Assembly (NCBI GenBank): GCA_048885925.1
Contig: JBHLLG010000001.1
Span: forward strand, 35,105 to 99,104
Direction: 5' to 3'
Origin: Candidatus Hermodarchaeota archaeon
Lineage (GTDB): Archaea > Asgardarchaeota > Lokiarchaeia > Sigyniarchaeales > SOKP01
Length of the DNA stretch: 64,000 bases
Part shown: in pieces, positions 21,513 through 31,257 of the stretch
Layout: each line of letters starts with the position of its first letter
Numbering within the stretch: the first letter of the stretch is position 1
Translations under genes and position numbers: made by a program
Notes under the pieces: model-generated
Seen by the model: the letters and a program-made list of their open reading frames with translations, nothing else
Databases searched by the model: none
Told to the model about the DNA's origin: nothing

Positions 21513-22718
21513 ATGAATATTTCTTTCAATTTTGAATTAATATCTCTGGAAAAATCTTTTGAAGGAAGACCTGAAAGATCAATAGATGATGAAGTTAAAA
21601 AGTTTAAAGAATATATTCAAGAGAGAAGAGTTAAGTGGACAGAAGAAGAAAAGATTGAATTAGAAACAGATAAATTTGACAATGATGAGAGCCTTAAAAA
21701 TACAAATTCCTTATTTGCTGAAATGCCATATAAAATAATTCAAGGTGAATTAAAGGATTTTATCAATGACGATTACAAAATTGTTGGTTTTGACGAGAGT
21801 TCCAATACATTTAGTGGTACCTATGCCAAATTGGCGTCTTTCAAGTTTGGAGAGTGTCAAATCATGCTTAAAAATGGTAAATATGATAAACAGAAAATTA
21901 TGTATAAACCTATAACTGCTTATATCGAAGACAATGAACATAAGCTCATCATCTATAAAACCGTAATTGAAAATTTTATAAAAGCTATAAAGGAAGAGTT
22001 TTATAGAGATAATTTAAAGGATAAGGTAGATAAGCTTATTAATTGGTATGAATCTACCTACAAACAAAAAATAGAAGATCACGTCAATGCTCATGATTTC
22101 TATTATCCCACCTTAGGACATGTTATAGATAGAATAAGAACTGCTGATGAAATTTTAAAAAGCCTTATTAGAATTAAGGATGAAAGTGATTGGGGAAAAA
22201 ACAAAAATGTTGTATTCCTTGGGGATGGAATACAAATGTTCCGCCAACATATTTTTCCTCCTGGGGCTTTCACTGAATTTTTTTATAGATTTATTGAAAC
22301 TTATGATATAAAATATTATAGTTTTTCAAAAACATGTCGTTTACGTGATGCTCAAGGGAATTTTATATTACCTATATGGGCAGAAATCTTGGATAAGCAA
22401 AATTTTTTAGTTGAATTACCTGATCTATCAATCTATACTAAAAGTAAAGCTTATATCACAAAATTACAGGAAGAAAGTTCTGCTCTTAGATTTGATATTT
22501 GTGATTATTTAGATACTAAAGATGCAATTTATGCTCTTAAAAACTTAATTCCTTATTCTCCACGAGGATACCCCTTGAGTTTAAGTGGTGCGCATGAAGC
22601 TAGCACATTATTAGTATCAGAATATAACAAATTAGAGACTGCTTTTTTAGAACTTCAATTTAATAAAAAAACCGAGAAATATGCTCAAGAATGGAGGAAA
22701 AAAGTTTTAGGAGGATAA
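21513..22718 (+). CDS. nurA: NurA-family 5'-3' nuclease
   Basis: VGFDESS, FLGDG, FSKT, GYPLSLSGAHE; gene context. Confidence 0.8.
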   Translation: MNISFNFELISLEKSFEGRPERSIDDEVKKFKEYIQERRVKWTEEEKIELETDKFDNDESLKNTNSLFAEMPYKIIQGELKDFINDDYKIVGFDESSNTFSGTYAKLASFKFGECQIMLKNGKYDKQKIMYKPITAYIEDNEHKLIIYKTVIENFIKAIKEEFYRDNLKDKVDKLINWYESTYKQKIEDHVNAHDFYYPTLGHVIDRIRTADEILKSLIRIKDESDWGKNKNVVFLGDGIQMFRQHIFPPGAFTEFFYRFIETYDIKYYSFSKTCRLRDAQGNFILPIWAEILDKQNFLVELPDLSIYTKSKAYITKLQEESSALRFDICDYLDTKDAIYALKNLIPYSPRGYPLSLSGAHEASTLLVSEYNKLETAFLELQFNKKTEKYAQEWRKKVLGG

Positions 22719-22761
22719 ATAATATTCATTATTAGAAAAGATAAAAATAAAGGTATTTAAA

Positions 22762-24072
22762 ATGGTTAAGATAATTCATACGGCTGATACGCATCTTGGT
22801 TATAGAGCAAGAAGAGGGACTATTAATAAATGGGCAATTGAAAATTATTCAAAACCATTTGAACAAGATATTTATGATGCATTTTTACAAATAATTGATG
22901 AAATTTCTCACAGGAATGATATTGATTTTTTAGTTCATTGTGGGGATTTATTTCATCATCCATCCAATTTGAGTTCTTATCCTCCTCTTGAACCTGCGAG
23001 GAGAGTTTTAAAACAAGGTTTAGATATGTTCTTTAATGTTACAAATAATCAAGTTCCATTTATATATATAGAAGGAAATCATGGTATATTTAGGGGATAT
23101 GAATATACTCCTATTGAATCTCATATAAATAAAGAACAATATCCTAATTTATTTTACTTCAAAGAGAGAGATTTATTAGAAGCAATTAAGTTAAATAAAT
23201 CTTTATCCTTAGAATTTCCGGATAAGAAAGTTAAATTTTATTTATTTCCTTATTTTGAGTTCAAAACATTCGAAACTTATAAATCAGCTTATGATAATTG
23301 GATAAAGAATCAACAACCTAATATTAATGATGGATATATCAATATTGCTGTAGCTCATGGTTCTATAGGTGATGAAACTTTACATAATAAGGTTAATTCC
23401 GATGATTTTGGATATGATTATGTTGCTTTAGGTCATGAGCATGGATTAAAGCAATTATCAAGAAATCATTTCTATTCCGGAAGTTTATTACCTATGAACT
23501 TTAAAGAAAGATATGAAAATCAAAGCTATTTGATTGTTGAAATTGATGGAAATACTAAAAAATTGACTATTGAGAAGCGATTCACAGATAACTTATTAGA
23601 AAGACCTTTTGAGATTATACAAATTGATACTAATCCAAAACAATCCACAAAAGACTTGGAAAACCAAATTTATAGGGAATTAGATAAATTCATAACAAAA
23701 GAAGGTTTTAATTCGAAAACATCTGCGAGGCTAAAATTAAGTTTTGTAGGCGAAATAACATATGAGAAAAATTGGCAGATAAATGAGCTAATATCTAAAA
23801 TAAGAAGGGATTGTTTTTCTCAACCTGAAAAATATAACATATTACAATTAATCTGGAAAATATCTGATATATCTGAAAATTTTGAGCATGATATAAGTGC
23901 AGGAATGATCCAAGATTATATCTTGGAAAAACCTGATGATGAATTTAAGGAATTTGTGCAAGAAAAATTAAGAGAAGATAAAACTCAATACAATTTAGAT
24001 AAATTAAGCGAATTTGGTATGAAAGCAATTAAAAAAGCACTAAAAATAATGGAGAAGGAGAAAGAGGTTTGA
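22762..24072 (+). CDS. mre11: Mre11/SbcD metallophosphoesterase nuclease
   Basis: HTADTHLG, HCGDLF, GNH, AHG, YVALGHEH, YSGS. Confidence 0.92.
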   Translation: MVKIIHTADTHLGYRARRGTINKWAIENYSKPFEQDIYDAFLQIIDEISHRNDIDFLVHCGDLFHHPSNLSSYPPLEPARRVLKQGLDMFFNVTNNQVPFIYIEGNHGIFRGYEYTPIESHINKEQYPNLFYFKERDLLEAIKLNKSLSLEFPDKKVKFYLFPYFEFKTFETYKSAYDNWIKNQQPNINDGYINIAVAHGSIGDETLHNKVNSDDFGYDYVALGHEHGLKQLSRNHFYSGSLLPMNFKERYENQSYLIVEIDGNTKKLTIEKRFTDNLLERPFEIIQIDTNPKQSTKDLENQIYRELDKFITKEGFNSKTSARLKLSFVGEITYEKNWQINELISKIRRDCFSQPEKYNILQLIWKISDISENFEHDISAGMIQDYILEKPDDEFKEFVQEKLREDKTQYNLDKLSEFGMKAIKKALKIMEKEKEV

Positions 24073-24079
24073 AAAAATC

Positions 24080-26176
24080 ATGCTAATCACCAAAATAACT
24101 TTTAAGAATTTTATGGGGTATAAACAATTGAATTTACCAAGAGGAAATGATGAGTTACCTGAAGGTCTAATATTAATAAGTGGTAAAAATTCACATGGAA
24201 AATCAACAATTTTAGAAGGATTATTATTCACATTTTTTGGTCCCAAAGTTTTCAAAGGGCGAAATGCTGCTTCGTTTATAACCTATGGTGCTCAAGATAA
24301 AGCGGAAATTTTTATTTATTTTACTCTAGATAAAGAGAAGTACTATATTTATCGAAAATGGGGAAGAACTGGAAGTGTCTCTACTAAATTATTCCAACTT
24401 AATAAAAATAAGAATATTTATCAAGAAGTTAAACAATTTGATGTAGAAGATTTTTTTGAAATTTCAGCTGAGCAAGCGTTAAGTACTGTATTTGTAAGGC
24501 AAGGTGAAGTAGAAGAGTTAGCTAATAAAAAAGGAGCTGAATTAAGAGATATGATTATTGATTTGTTTAGATTGAATATAATTGATGATGCCCTTTCTTA
24601 TTTAGATAATGACTCAAAAGCAAAAAGACATGAAAAAGAGAAATTCGAAAAGTTAAGAGTACCAATCGAGAGAATCGATGAAGATATTGACCGTATTAGA
24701 AAGGAAAATGTTCAATTAGAAAAGGCATTAACAGAAAAAAAAAATAAAAAACAGGATTTTGAACAAAGAATTAGAAATTTCCCCTCTAATGAGTTAATTT
24801 TAGAATTGGAAAATTTATATAATCAAAATGACATTATAAAGAATAAATTTTTATCATATAAAAAAGACTTTAAAACCAAATTTAAGAATACTGATCTACA
24901 GATAGAAGATTTTGATTCCCAAGATACAATTAAGAATAAAATAAAAAAACTTAATAAGGTTCAAAAAAATGTAGAAGAGAAATTAAATGAATTAGATAAG
25001 AAAAGGCAAGCCACGTTTAAAGGCTTAGGAAAAACTAAGGGGAGAGTTGAAGAGATTAAAAAAACCATAAATAAAATGGAAAGAAGTTTAAAATTTACTA
25101 AGAGAGTAGAAGGAAGGGAAATTGCTCAATGTCCTACTTGCCAGAATGAATTAACAAAGGAGCATTATGATGAAATGATCAACAATTACAATAAAGATAT
25201 TAAGATAAATCAAGAGAAAATTAATTCTATCTCCAAAATAATATCTGATTTTGATATTGAAATTAGCTCAATTCAAAAAGAATTAGACAATATAAAAAAA
25301 AACATCACAATTCACCAAGGATTGAAGGAGGATTTTGAAAATTATAAGAAATATGAGTCAGAATTAAAGAAAATAGAAAATGAATTAAACAATTTCCTTT
25401 CAAAAAATAGAACTAAGTTTTTAGATTCAAGTTTAGAAGGCGTTAAAAAATTGTCAATTGAAAAAGAAAAATTATCAACAGAATTAAGATCGATAAATGA
25501 TGAATTAAATGAAAAACAAGAGAAAATGAAGAAAAATCAAGGTAGGACGGAACAATTACAACATGAAATTCAGAAAATGAAAGAGTTAGCAAAAAAGATA
25601 GCGGAACATGAAGTAGATATTGATCATATTAATAAAGCAAAGGAATTTGTACGTAGATTTGTAACTGAATACATGGTAGTAAAACGCCTAGTCAAAAATA
25701 TTGCTTTAACCACCAATAAATATATTAAAGATTTTACTACAGGACAATACAGCGATCTATTACTTGATTTAAGTGGAACTAGAAAAACAGGTTTATCTCT
25801 AAAAATTAGAGATAATTTTAATGGTGAGTATGAATCCACGGAAGTTTTATCGGGAGGTGATTGCACTGCTTTAGGGATCGCTTTACGTCTAGCCATATCA
25901 GAATTAATGAGTTCAATTCGACCTACAAAAGAATCACCGAAAAGAAACCCTAAAATTGACTTTCTCCTATTAGATGAGCCCCTAGCTGCATTAGATGAAA
26001 CTCGAAGAGAAAGAATACTTAAACACCTAATAAAATCAAGGTCATTTTCTCAAATATTCCTTATAACTCATACTGCCATTCCCCAAGATATTCCTGCTAA
26101 TAAAATAGTTGTTGAAAAGGATTTAAGTACAGGAATTAGCCATGCAAGATTTGAAAAACCTACACTAAAAATCTAA
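24080..26176 (+). CDS. rad50: Rad50/SbcC SMC-like ATPase
   Basis: GKNSHGKST, RQGE, CPTC zinc hook, LSGG, LLDEP, ITH; coiled coils. Confidence 0.92.
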   Translation: MLITKITFKNFMGYKQLNLPRGNDELPEGLILISGKNSHGKSTILEGLLFTFFGPKVFKGRNAASFITYGAQDKAEIFIYFTLDKEKYYIYRKWGRTGSVSTKLFQLNKNKNIYQEVKQFDVEDFFEISAEQALSTVFVRQGEVEELANKKGAELRDMIIDLFRLNIIDDALSYLDNDSKAKRHEKEKFEKLRVPIERIDEDIDRIRKENVQLEKALTEKKNKKQDFEQRIRNFPSNELILELENLYNQNDIIKNKFLSYKKDFKTKFKNTDLQIEDFDSQDTIKNKIKKLNKVQKNVEEKLNELDKKRQATFKGLGKTKGRVEEIKKTINKMERSLKFTKRVEGREIAQCPTCQNELTKEHYDEMINNYNKDIKINQEKINSISKIISDFDIEISSIQKELDNIKKNITIHQGLKEDFENYKKYESELKKIENELNNFLSKNRTKFLDSSLEGVKKLSIEKEKLSTELRSINDELNEKQEKMKKNQGRTEQLQHEIQKMKELAKKIAEHEVDIDHINKAKEFVRRFVTEYMVVKRLVKNIALTTNKYIKDFTTGQYSDLLLDLSGTRKTGLSLKIRDNFNGEYESTEVLSGGDCTALGIALRLAISELMSSIRPTKESPKRNPKIDFLLLDEPLAALDETRRERILKHLIKSRSFSQIFLITHTAIPQDIPANKIVVEKDLSTGISHARFEKPTLKI

Positions 26177-26237
26177 GCATAAAAGATTCTCAACAAGAAA
26201 TATAAAATAAAAAAAAATGATTTTTAAGCAAGAAAAT

Positions 26238-26447
26238 TTACAAATCTCTTGCTTTTACGGTCTTTCGGTTGTTTGCTTGCGCTCGTTTTACAGCGTTATC
26301 AAGCATTTCCATAATAATTTTATTTAAATCGTCCCCATCAAGGACTCCGCTACTTGTATTACAACCTTTCCCTTTAATATATTCCCTTACCTTTGACTTT
26401 ACAAACAAGGGTTCTGTTTTACCAGATGAAGCCGCTTTTTTTGCCAT
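26238..26447 (-). CDS. Histone-fold protein of the short alpha3-truncated face-to-face type
   Basis: LFVKSKVREYIK...LNKIIMEMLDNAVKRAQANNRKTVKARDL; ends right after the RxTxxxxD clamp. Confidence 0.85.
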   Translation of the reverse strand: MAKKAASSGKTEPLFVKSKVREYIKGKGCNTSSGVLDGDDLNKIIMEMLDNAVKRAQANNRKTVKARDL

Positions 26448-26868
26448 TTGAATCTTCCTCTTTTACAATTTTTTTAATAATTTTATTTAAAATCGGATTT
26501 AAAATTATTTTTAATTATTTTTTTGTTAATTATTATTTTTCTAACTGTATTATTAAATGTTTCTGATTTTAACGAAAATTCTTGGATTCCTCTTTATCCT
26601 ACGATAAAATTGAATAAAATTCACATTTTGATATTGTAAAAATGTTTATTAACAAGCAAATACCTCCTAAATTAATAACTCATTAATATATATCTTTCTG
26701 TTCTTCCTTCAAAAATGCAAATTTCTTCGATAAGTTTTGTATATCTAATTTTTTATCTAAATTTATCAGAAATCCAAAACCATCTATCTCAATTTGAAGG
26801 ATATAAAATAATAAAAAAAAGAAAGGTTGTGTTATTTTAGTTCAGTGCAGAAGAGTTAATTTCAAAGT

Positions 26869-27153
26869 TTATTTTGGAGGAGCCAGTACAATTTCAATGC
26901 TAGAAACATTGTTATTTTGCCCATTTTCTCCTTCTAATTGTTCTGTGCTTAGTTTGATGTCCTTATATTCTGTACCTTTTAAGAATCGATTTCGCAAAAT
27001 TTCACACACATCAACGGCATGAGAAATAGCTCTTCCTCTAGCTTTTACAGTACATTCTTCGCCTTTATTAAGGATCATCATGGTTGCCATCACATAATTC
27101 ATAGTAGGACGGCGCCCGACAAATACAGCGTTTTCTTCTTTACTTTTGCTCAT
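26869..27153 (-). CDS. albA: Alba DNA/RNA-binding chromatin protein
   Basis: VFVGRRPTMNYV, VKARGRAISHAVDV, VSSIEIVL. Confidence 0.95.
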   Translation of the reverse strand: MSKSKEENAVFVGRRPTMNYVMATMMILNKGEECTVKARGRAISHAVDVCEILRNRFLKGTEYKDIKLSTEQLEGENGQNNNVSSIEIVLAPPK

Positions 27154-27404
27154 CTTTATTTTCCTCTTTAGTTTTATTTTTTTATTGTATTTCTTTATTT
27201 TTTTGTTATTTTGTGTTTATGTATTATGTATTCAATTTTACGTAATTTAATTTTAAAATTACGATAATAACATTTTGTTGAAATTTTAGAAATGTTTTAA
27301 ATTTTATTATCAGATTAATAGGGAATTTTAATTTTCTAAAACGATCTTAATCAGGTGGAACATTTACTAAAAGTAATAAAGAAAAAAAATTGAAATTTAA
27401 AAAA

Positions 27405-27635
27405 TTATATACCCTTAAATTTTATAGCTAGAAAAAATAGAAACCATGAAAGAAATAGTACAATAAAAGCAATAAGCAACCATGTTTGGAAAGGGCTAAA
27501 ATCAAAAAGTGTAAATGTAGGTAATAGAGTGTCGCTCCAGAATAAAACTCCTTGGTCTAATATAATGAATAATCCAAATAGCCATAAAAGACAGGTTATT
27601 ACTACAATAAATTTACTTGGTGGAGTCCATGCCAT
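27405..27635 (-). CDS. Small two-TM membrane protein
   Basis: 76 aa with two hydrophobic helices. Confidence 0.65.
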   Translation of the reverse strand: MAWTPPSKFIVVITCLLWLFGLFIILDQGVLFWSDTLLPTFTLFDFSPFQTWLLIAFIVLFLSWFLFFLAIKFKGI

Positions 27636-27753
27636 GTTTTCTCACGTTTTTTTTTACCTTTTCTTAATTTGTAATTTAAAAGATTAGAATAATTTAAAAT
27701 ATAATAAAATAAGATAAACTCCTTTTTAAAGAATGTAGATAAAAATTTAGAAT

Positions 27754-28464
27754 TCAAGATTCAAATTCTTCATGTTTAGTATAATCTAATTTAATTTCTT
27801 CTACTTTATCATCTTCTAAATATTTTTGATCAAATATTTCTCGATGCTTTTCTTTTTTTTTATCTTTATCATTTTCATCCTTTTTTACTATATCCCATAT
27901 AATACTAACTATAAGCAAACCAGAAACAATAACTAAAAGTGGGATAAGTAATCCAGAATCTGTAAGTACAATTTTTACCCACCCAATATATGGGATCCTT
28001 CCTACAACAACTCCCAGAATATGGTCTTCTGGAACCCAAGCTTCGTCAGGAAACGGATTCGCATCTCCTTTTGTAAGAAAAAACCAACCATTATCATACA
28101 TTTTATCAACAACTCTATGAACAATTGGGTCACCAGGAGCATGTATCCAAATCCCATGAGCGTTAAAGACAATAATATCACCTTCCTTTCCTTCAATTGT
28201 GCCATTCTTAATTGTAGCAGGATTTTTTCCTTTCAGAAACAATAAATCACCTTTGAGCAAATTTGGCTCCATGGAACCAGAGACAACCACCACCATGGGT
28301 GTTTTTGTATTTAGAGTTATTTGCATGATAAAATAGATCAAAAAAGAGCCAGAAAACGCAAAAATTATAAGTATAACTGCAATAATTATTTTTCTTTTTG
28401 AAGATTCTTGTTTTTTCTTTGCCTTTTTCTTACTAAAAGTCTTTTTTAAATCTACTTTTTCCAT
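27754..28464 (-). CDS. sec11: Signal peptidase I, archaeal/eukaryotic Sec11 type
   Basis: VVVVSGSMEP, GDIIVF, PIVHRV, TKGDAN, RIPYIGW. Confidence 0.93.
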   Translation of the reverse strand: MEKVDLKKTFSKKKAKKKQESSKRKIIIAVILIIFAFSGSFLIYFIMQITLNTKTPMVVVVSGSMEPNLLKGDLLFLKGKNPATIKNGTIEGKEGDIIVFNAHGIWIHAPGDPIVHRVVDKMYDNGWFFLTKGDANPFPDEAWVPEDHILGVVVGRIPYIGWVKIVLTDSGLLIPLLVIVSGLLIVSIIWDIVKKDENDKDKKKEKHREIFDQKYLEDDKVEEIKLDYTKHEEFES

Positions 28465-28681
28465 AACAAAAAAACCAGATATCCTATGTTCAAAATAAAT
28501 AAAATTAAGAATAAAAATTTTCTTAAAAAGGGGAATGAAATATGGATTGTTGAAATTTTTAAGAAAATAAATATGAATGTGAGTATATCATAAGAGTAAC
28601 ATTTTAAATTTAAAAAATCTAGAATAAAATTATCCAATTAGAATGAACAAATAGAGGATTATTAGGGTTAAGGATATTAAA

Positions 28682-29479
28682 ATGGTTGAAAGAAATCATT
28701 CATTAGAATTACGAGATAAAAATTTTAATGATGTTCAAAAAATAATGGAAAACGTTTTAGAAAAAAGCTTTTCTTTAACAACTGCCTCTAAAAGATTGGG
28801 AAGTTCATTACTCAGAATAAGTTATTATGATAGTAAATTTGAAAATGAACCACAAAAAGATAATAGAATTACAATTTTACAGGAACCCAATAATAGAGTT
28901 TATATTCAAATAAAGGGAAAATTGATGGATTCTCAAATAGGAAGATTATGGGATGAACTTGAGAAAAATTTAAATAATTCCACATATAAACCAAAAATAG
29001 TAAAGCTTTTGCCATCAAAAGAGGAAATCGTTCAAGTGATCAAGGATCTTATTGATAGTAGGGGGTATATCGTAAAGAAAGAAGAGGTTCAGACATTTAT
29101 AGAGAATTTTGTAAAAGAGTATAATAGATTACCAAAAAAAGATGAATATGATTCTATTGTAAAGGGTTACATTATAATGACAAACGAAAGAACCAGCTTC
29201 GATTCTAATACTACAAGCATAATCAATAGTGAATATAATAATAACTTACCAGAACCTTATAGAGAATCGCAATCCGCTGATAAATCACTCGAATCTTCTG
29301 GAAGTGATGTCTTACCTGTAAAAGAAAATATTGGGCGAAAAAAGTGTCCGATTTGTGGAAATGATGGATTAATTCACGAAATGGATGATAAAAGTGTGAT
29401 TTTATTTAATTCTTCGCCTAAAATCTTTGCGAAGAAAAATTGTTGTACACAATGTGGACATGAGTGGAGAGATCATTAA
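28682..29479 (+). CDS. Hypothetical protein with a C-terminal zinc ribbon
   Basis: CPICG...CTQCGHEW at the C terminus. Confidence 0.7.
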   Translation: MVERNHSLELRDKNFNDVQKIMENVLEKSFSLTTASKRLGSSLLRISYYDSKFENEPQKDNRITILQEPNNRVYIQIKGKLMDSQIGRLWDELEKNLNNSTYKPKIVKLLPSKEEIVQVIKDLIDSRGYIVKKEEVQTFIENFVKEYNRLPKKDEYDSIVKGYIIMTNERTSFDSNTTSIINSEYNNNLPEPYRESQSADKSLESSGSDVLPVKENIGRKKCPICGNDGLIHEMDDKSVILFNSSPKIFAKKNCCTQCGHEWRDH

Positions 29480-29624
29480 ATTTATAGAAAATTATTTTTG
29501 TTATTAATCAAAAATTTATGATTAAATCTCAGAATATTCTAAAAAAAATAATTTTATATATTACATTATTTAAAATACTGATTAATTACTTTTGTAATTT
29601 TTAAAAATTCGAGCTGAATTAAAA

Positions 29625-30590
29625 ATGGAAGATCACGCAATTATTTATAATCCTGAGGCGGGTAAGGGAAAGGGAGCGATAAAAGATATTCATTTTATGG
29701 AAAAATGTCTTAAAGAATTAAATGTTCCTTATAAGTTATTTGAAACGGAGTATATGGGACATGCTACAGAACTGGGTAGACAATTAGCCAAGGATGGATA
29801 TAGAGTAATAGGGGCTGGAGGAGATGGCACTTGCAATGAAGTTATGAATGGAGTTATTACCTCTAATACCAATGCGTTATGTGGATTCATTCCTATGGGA
29901 TCTGGAAATGATATTCCTGCCGCTATAGGGATCCGTCCCGACATAAAGAGAGCATGCGAGATAATTGCTGAAGGAAATACTAGTAAATCAGATATAGGCT
30001 ATGCAAAAACAGATACTGGAATTGAACGGTTTTTTTTAGGTATTGGAAGTCAAGGATTTGATGCAGATGTAACTTACCGATTTAATAAAGCAAAAAGAGG
30101 AAAAAGCTATGTCACTCAGACACTAAAAGCCCTATTACCTTGGAAGAATAAGCAAATCAAAGCAACTATGGATAATGATGTTTATGAAGGATATGCTAAT
30201 TGTTTGGCTTGTGCAAATGGACCAAGTTATGGGGGTTTTATGTATATATGTCAAAGAGCGCAGGTGAATGATGGTCTTTTTCATGTAAATATTGTAGATA
30301 TAGGTAAATTTAAGTTACTTAAACACTTTAATCGAATGTATAAAGCTACTCTTTTACCTCATCCAAATATCTATGAATACACGAGTAAGAAAGTTAGAGT
30401 CGAAATGTTGAATTCTGATGAACCAAAACCGTATTTATGTCAAGTTGATGGAGAGATTTTAGATTCACTACCTGTTAATTATGAATGTCTTAAAGATGGA
30501 TATGAATTTATTCGCCCTAAGATAGATGAAGTAGCAGAAGCATTTAAAAAAGAACATGGAAGATATTTTTGGGAATGTAATTATGACTAA
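29625..30590 (+). CDS. Diacylglycerol kinase/YegS family lipid kinase
   Basis: NPEAGKG, GGDGT.NEV, PMGSGND, QVDGE. Confidence 0.92.
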   Translation: MEDHAIIYNPEAGKGKGAIKDIHFMEKCLKELNVPYKLFETEYMGHATELGRQLAKDGYRVIGAGGDGTCNEVMNGVITSNTNALCGFIPMGSGNDIPAAIGIRPDIKRACEIIAEGNTSKSDIGYAKTDTGIERFFLGIGSQGFDADVTYRFNKAKRGKSYVTQTLKALLPWKNKQIKATMDNDVYEGYANCLACANGPSYGGFMYICQRAQVNDGLFHVNIVDIGKFKLLKHFNRMYKATLLPHPNIYEYTSKKVRVEMLNSDEPKPYLCQVDGEILDSLPVNYECLKDGYEFIRPKIDEVAEAFKKEHGRYFWECNYD

Positions 30591-30605
30591 TACTTTTTTT
30601 AATGA

Positions 30606-31241
30606 TTGAGAATATTTATGCCAGATTGGGATGCAATATTTTCTGAAAAAGGAAAAGTATTCTTAGAACCTCATCCAGAATTGGAGCGGATAATTAAAAT
30701 CTTTCATGAGAGAGGTGTAAAACGGATTTTAGATCTTGGATGCGGAACAGGCAGGCATTTGATATTTCTATCAAAAAAAGGATTTAAAGTCTACGGAATG
30801 GATGCTTCGCCTAAGGCTTTACAAATTGCACGAGAATGGCTTAAGGAAGAAAATCTAGAAGTAGAGGTAGTTTTGAATAGAATGGAACATCAATTTCCAT
30901 ATAAAGATTGTTTTTTTGATGCCATTATATCAATACAAGTAATTCATCATAATCTAATGAAAGATATCATATTTACAGTTAATGAAATCAGCAGAATTTT
31001 AAAACCTAAAGGGATAATATTTATTACATTCCCAAAATTAGAAGGGTCTTCGAGATTAGAGGAGTGGGAATTAAAAGAAATAGAGAAAGGGACTTACATT
31101 CCTCAAGCTGGCAAAGAGAAGGGATTACTCCATCATTTTTTTACTATCGAAGAAATTCATCAAGTATTTAGTTCTTATAATCTTTTAGAGATTTCTTTGG
31201 ATAGGGCAAATCATAGAGCAATTTTAGGAATAAAGAAATAA
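30606..31241 (+). CDS. Class I SAM-dependent methyltransferase
   Basis: ILDLGCGTGRH, FDAIIS, RILKPKG. Confidence 0.9.
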   Translation: MRIFMPDWDAIFSEKGKVFLEPHPELERIIKIFHERGVKRILDLGCGTGRHLIFLSKKGFKVYGMDASPKALQIAREWLKEENLEVEVVLNRMEHQFPYKDCFFDAIISIQVIHHNLMKDIIFTVNEISRILKPKGIIFITFPKLEGSSRLEEWELKEIEKGTYIPQAGKEKGLLHHFFTIEEIHQVFSSYNLLEISLDRANHRAILGIKK

Positions 31242-31257
31242 CCTAAAAAGAGTCTAA

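Noticed and set aside
28452-28637. 61 aa hydrophobic ORF upstream of sec11
   Set aside because: Low-complexity AT-rich translation that overlaps the sec11 start and spans a divergent promoter region
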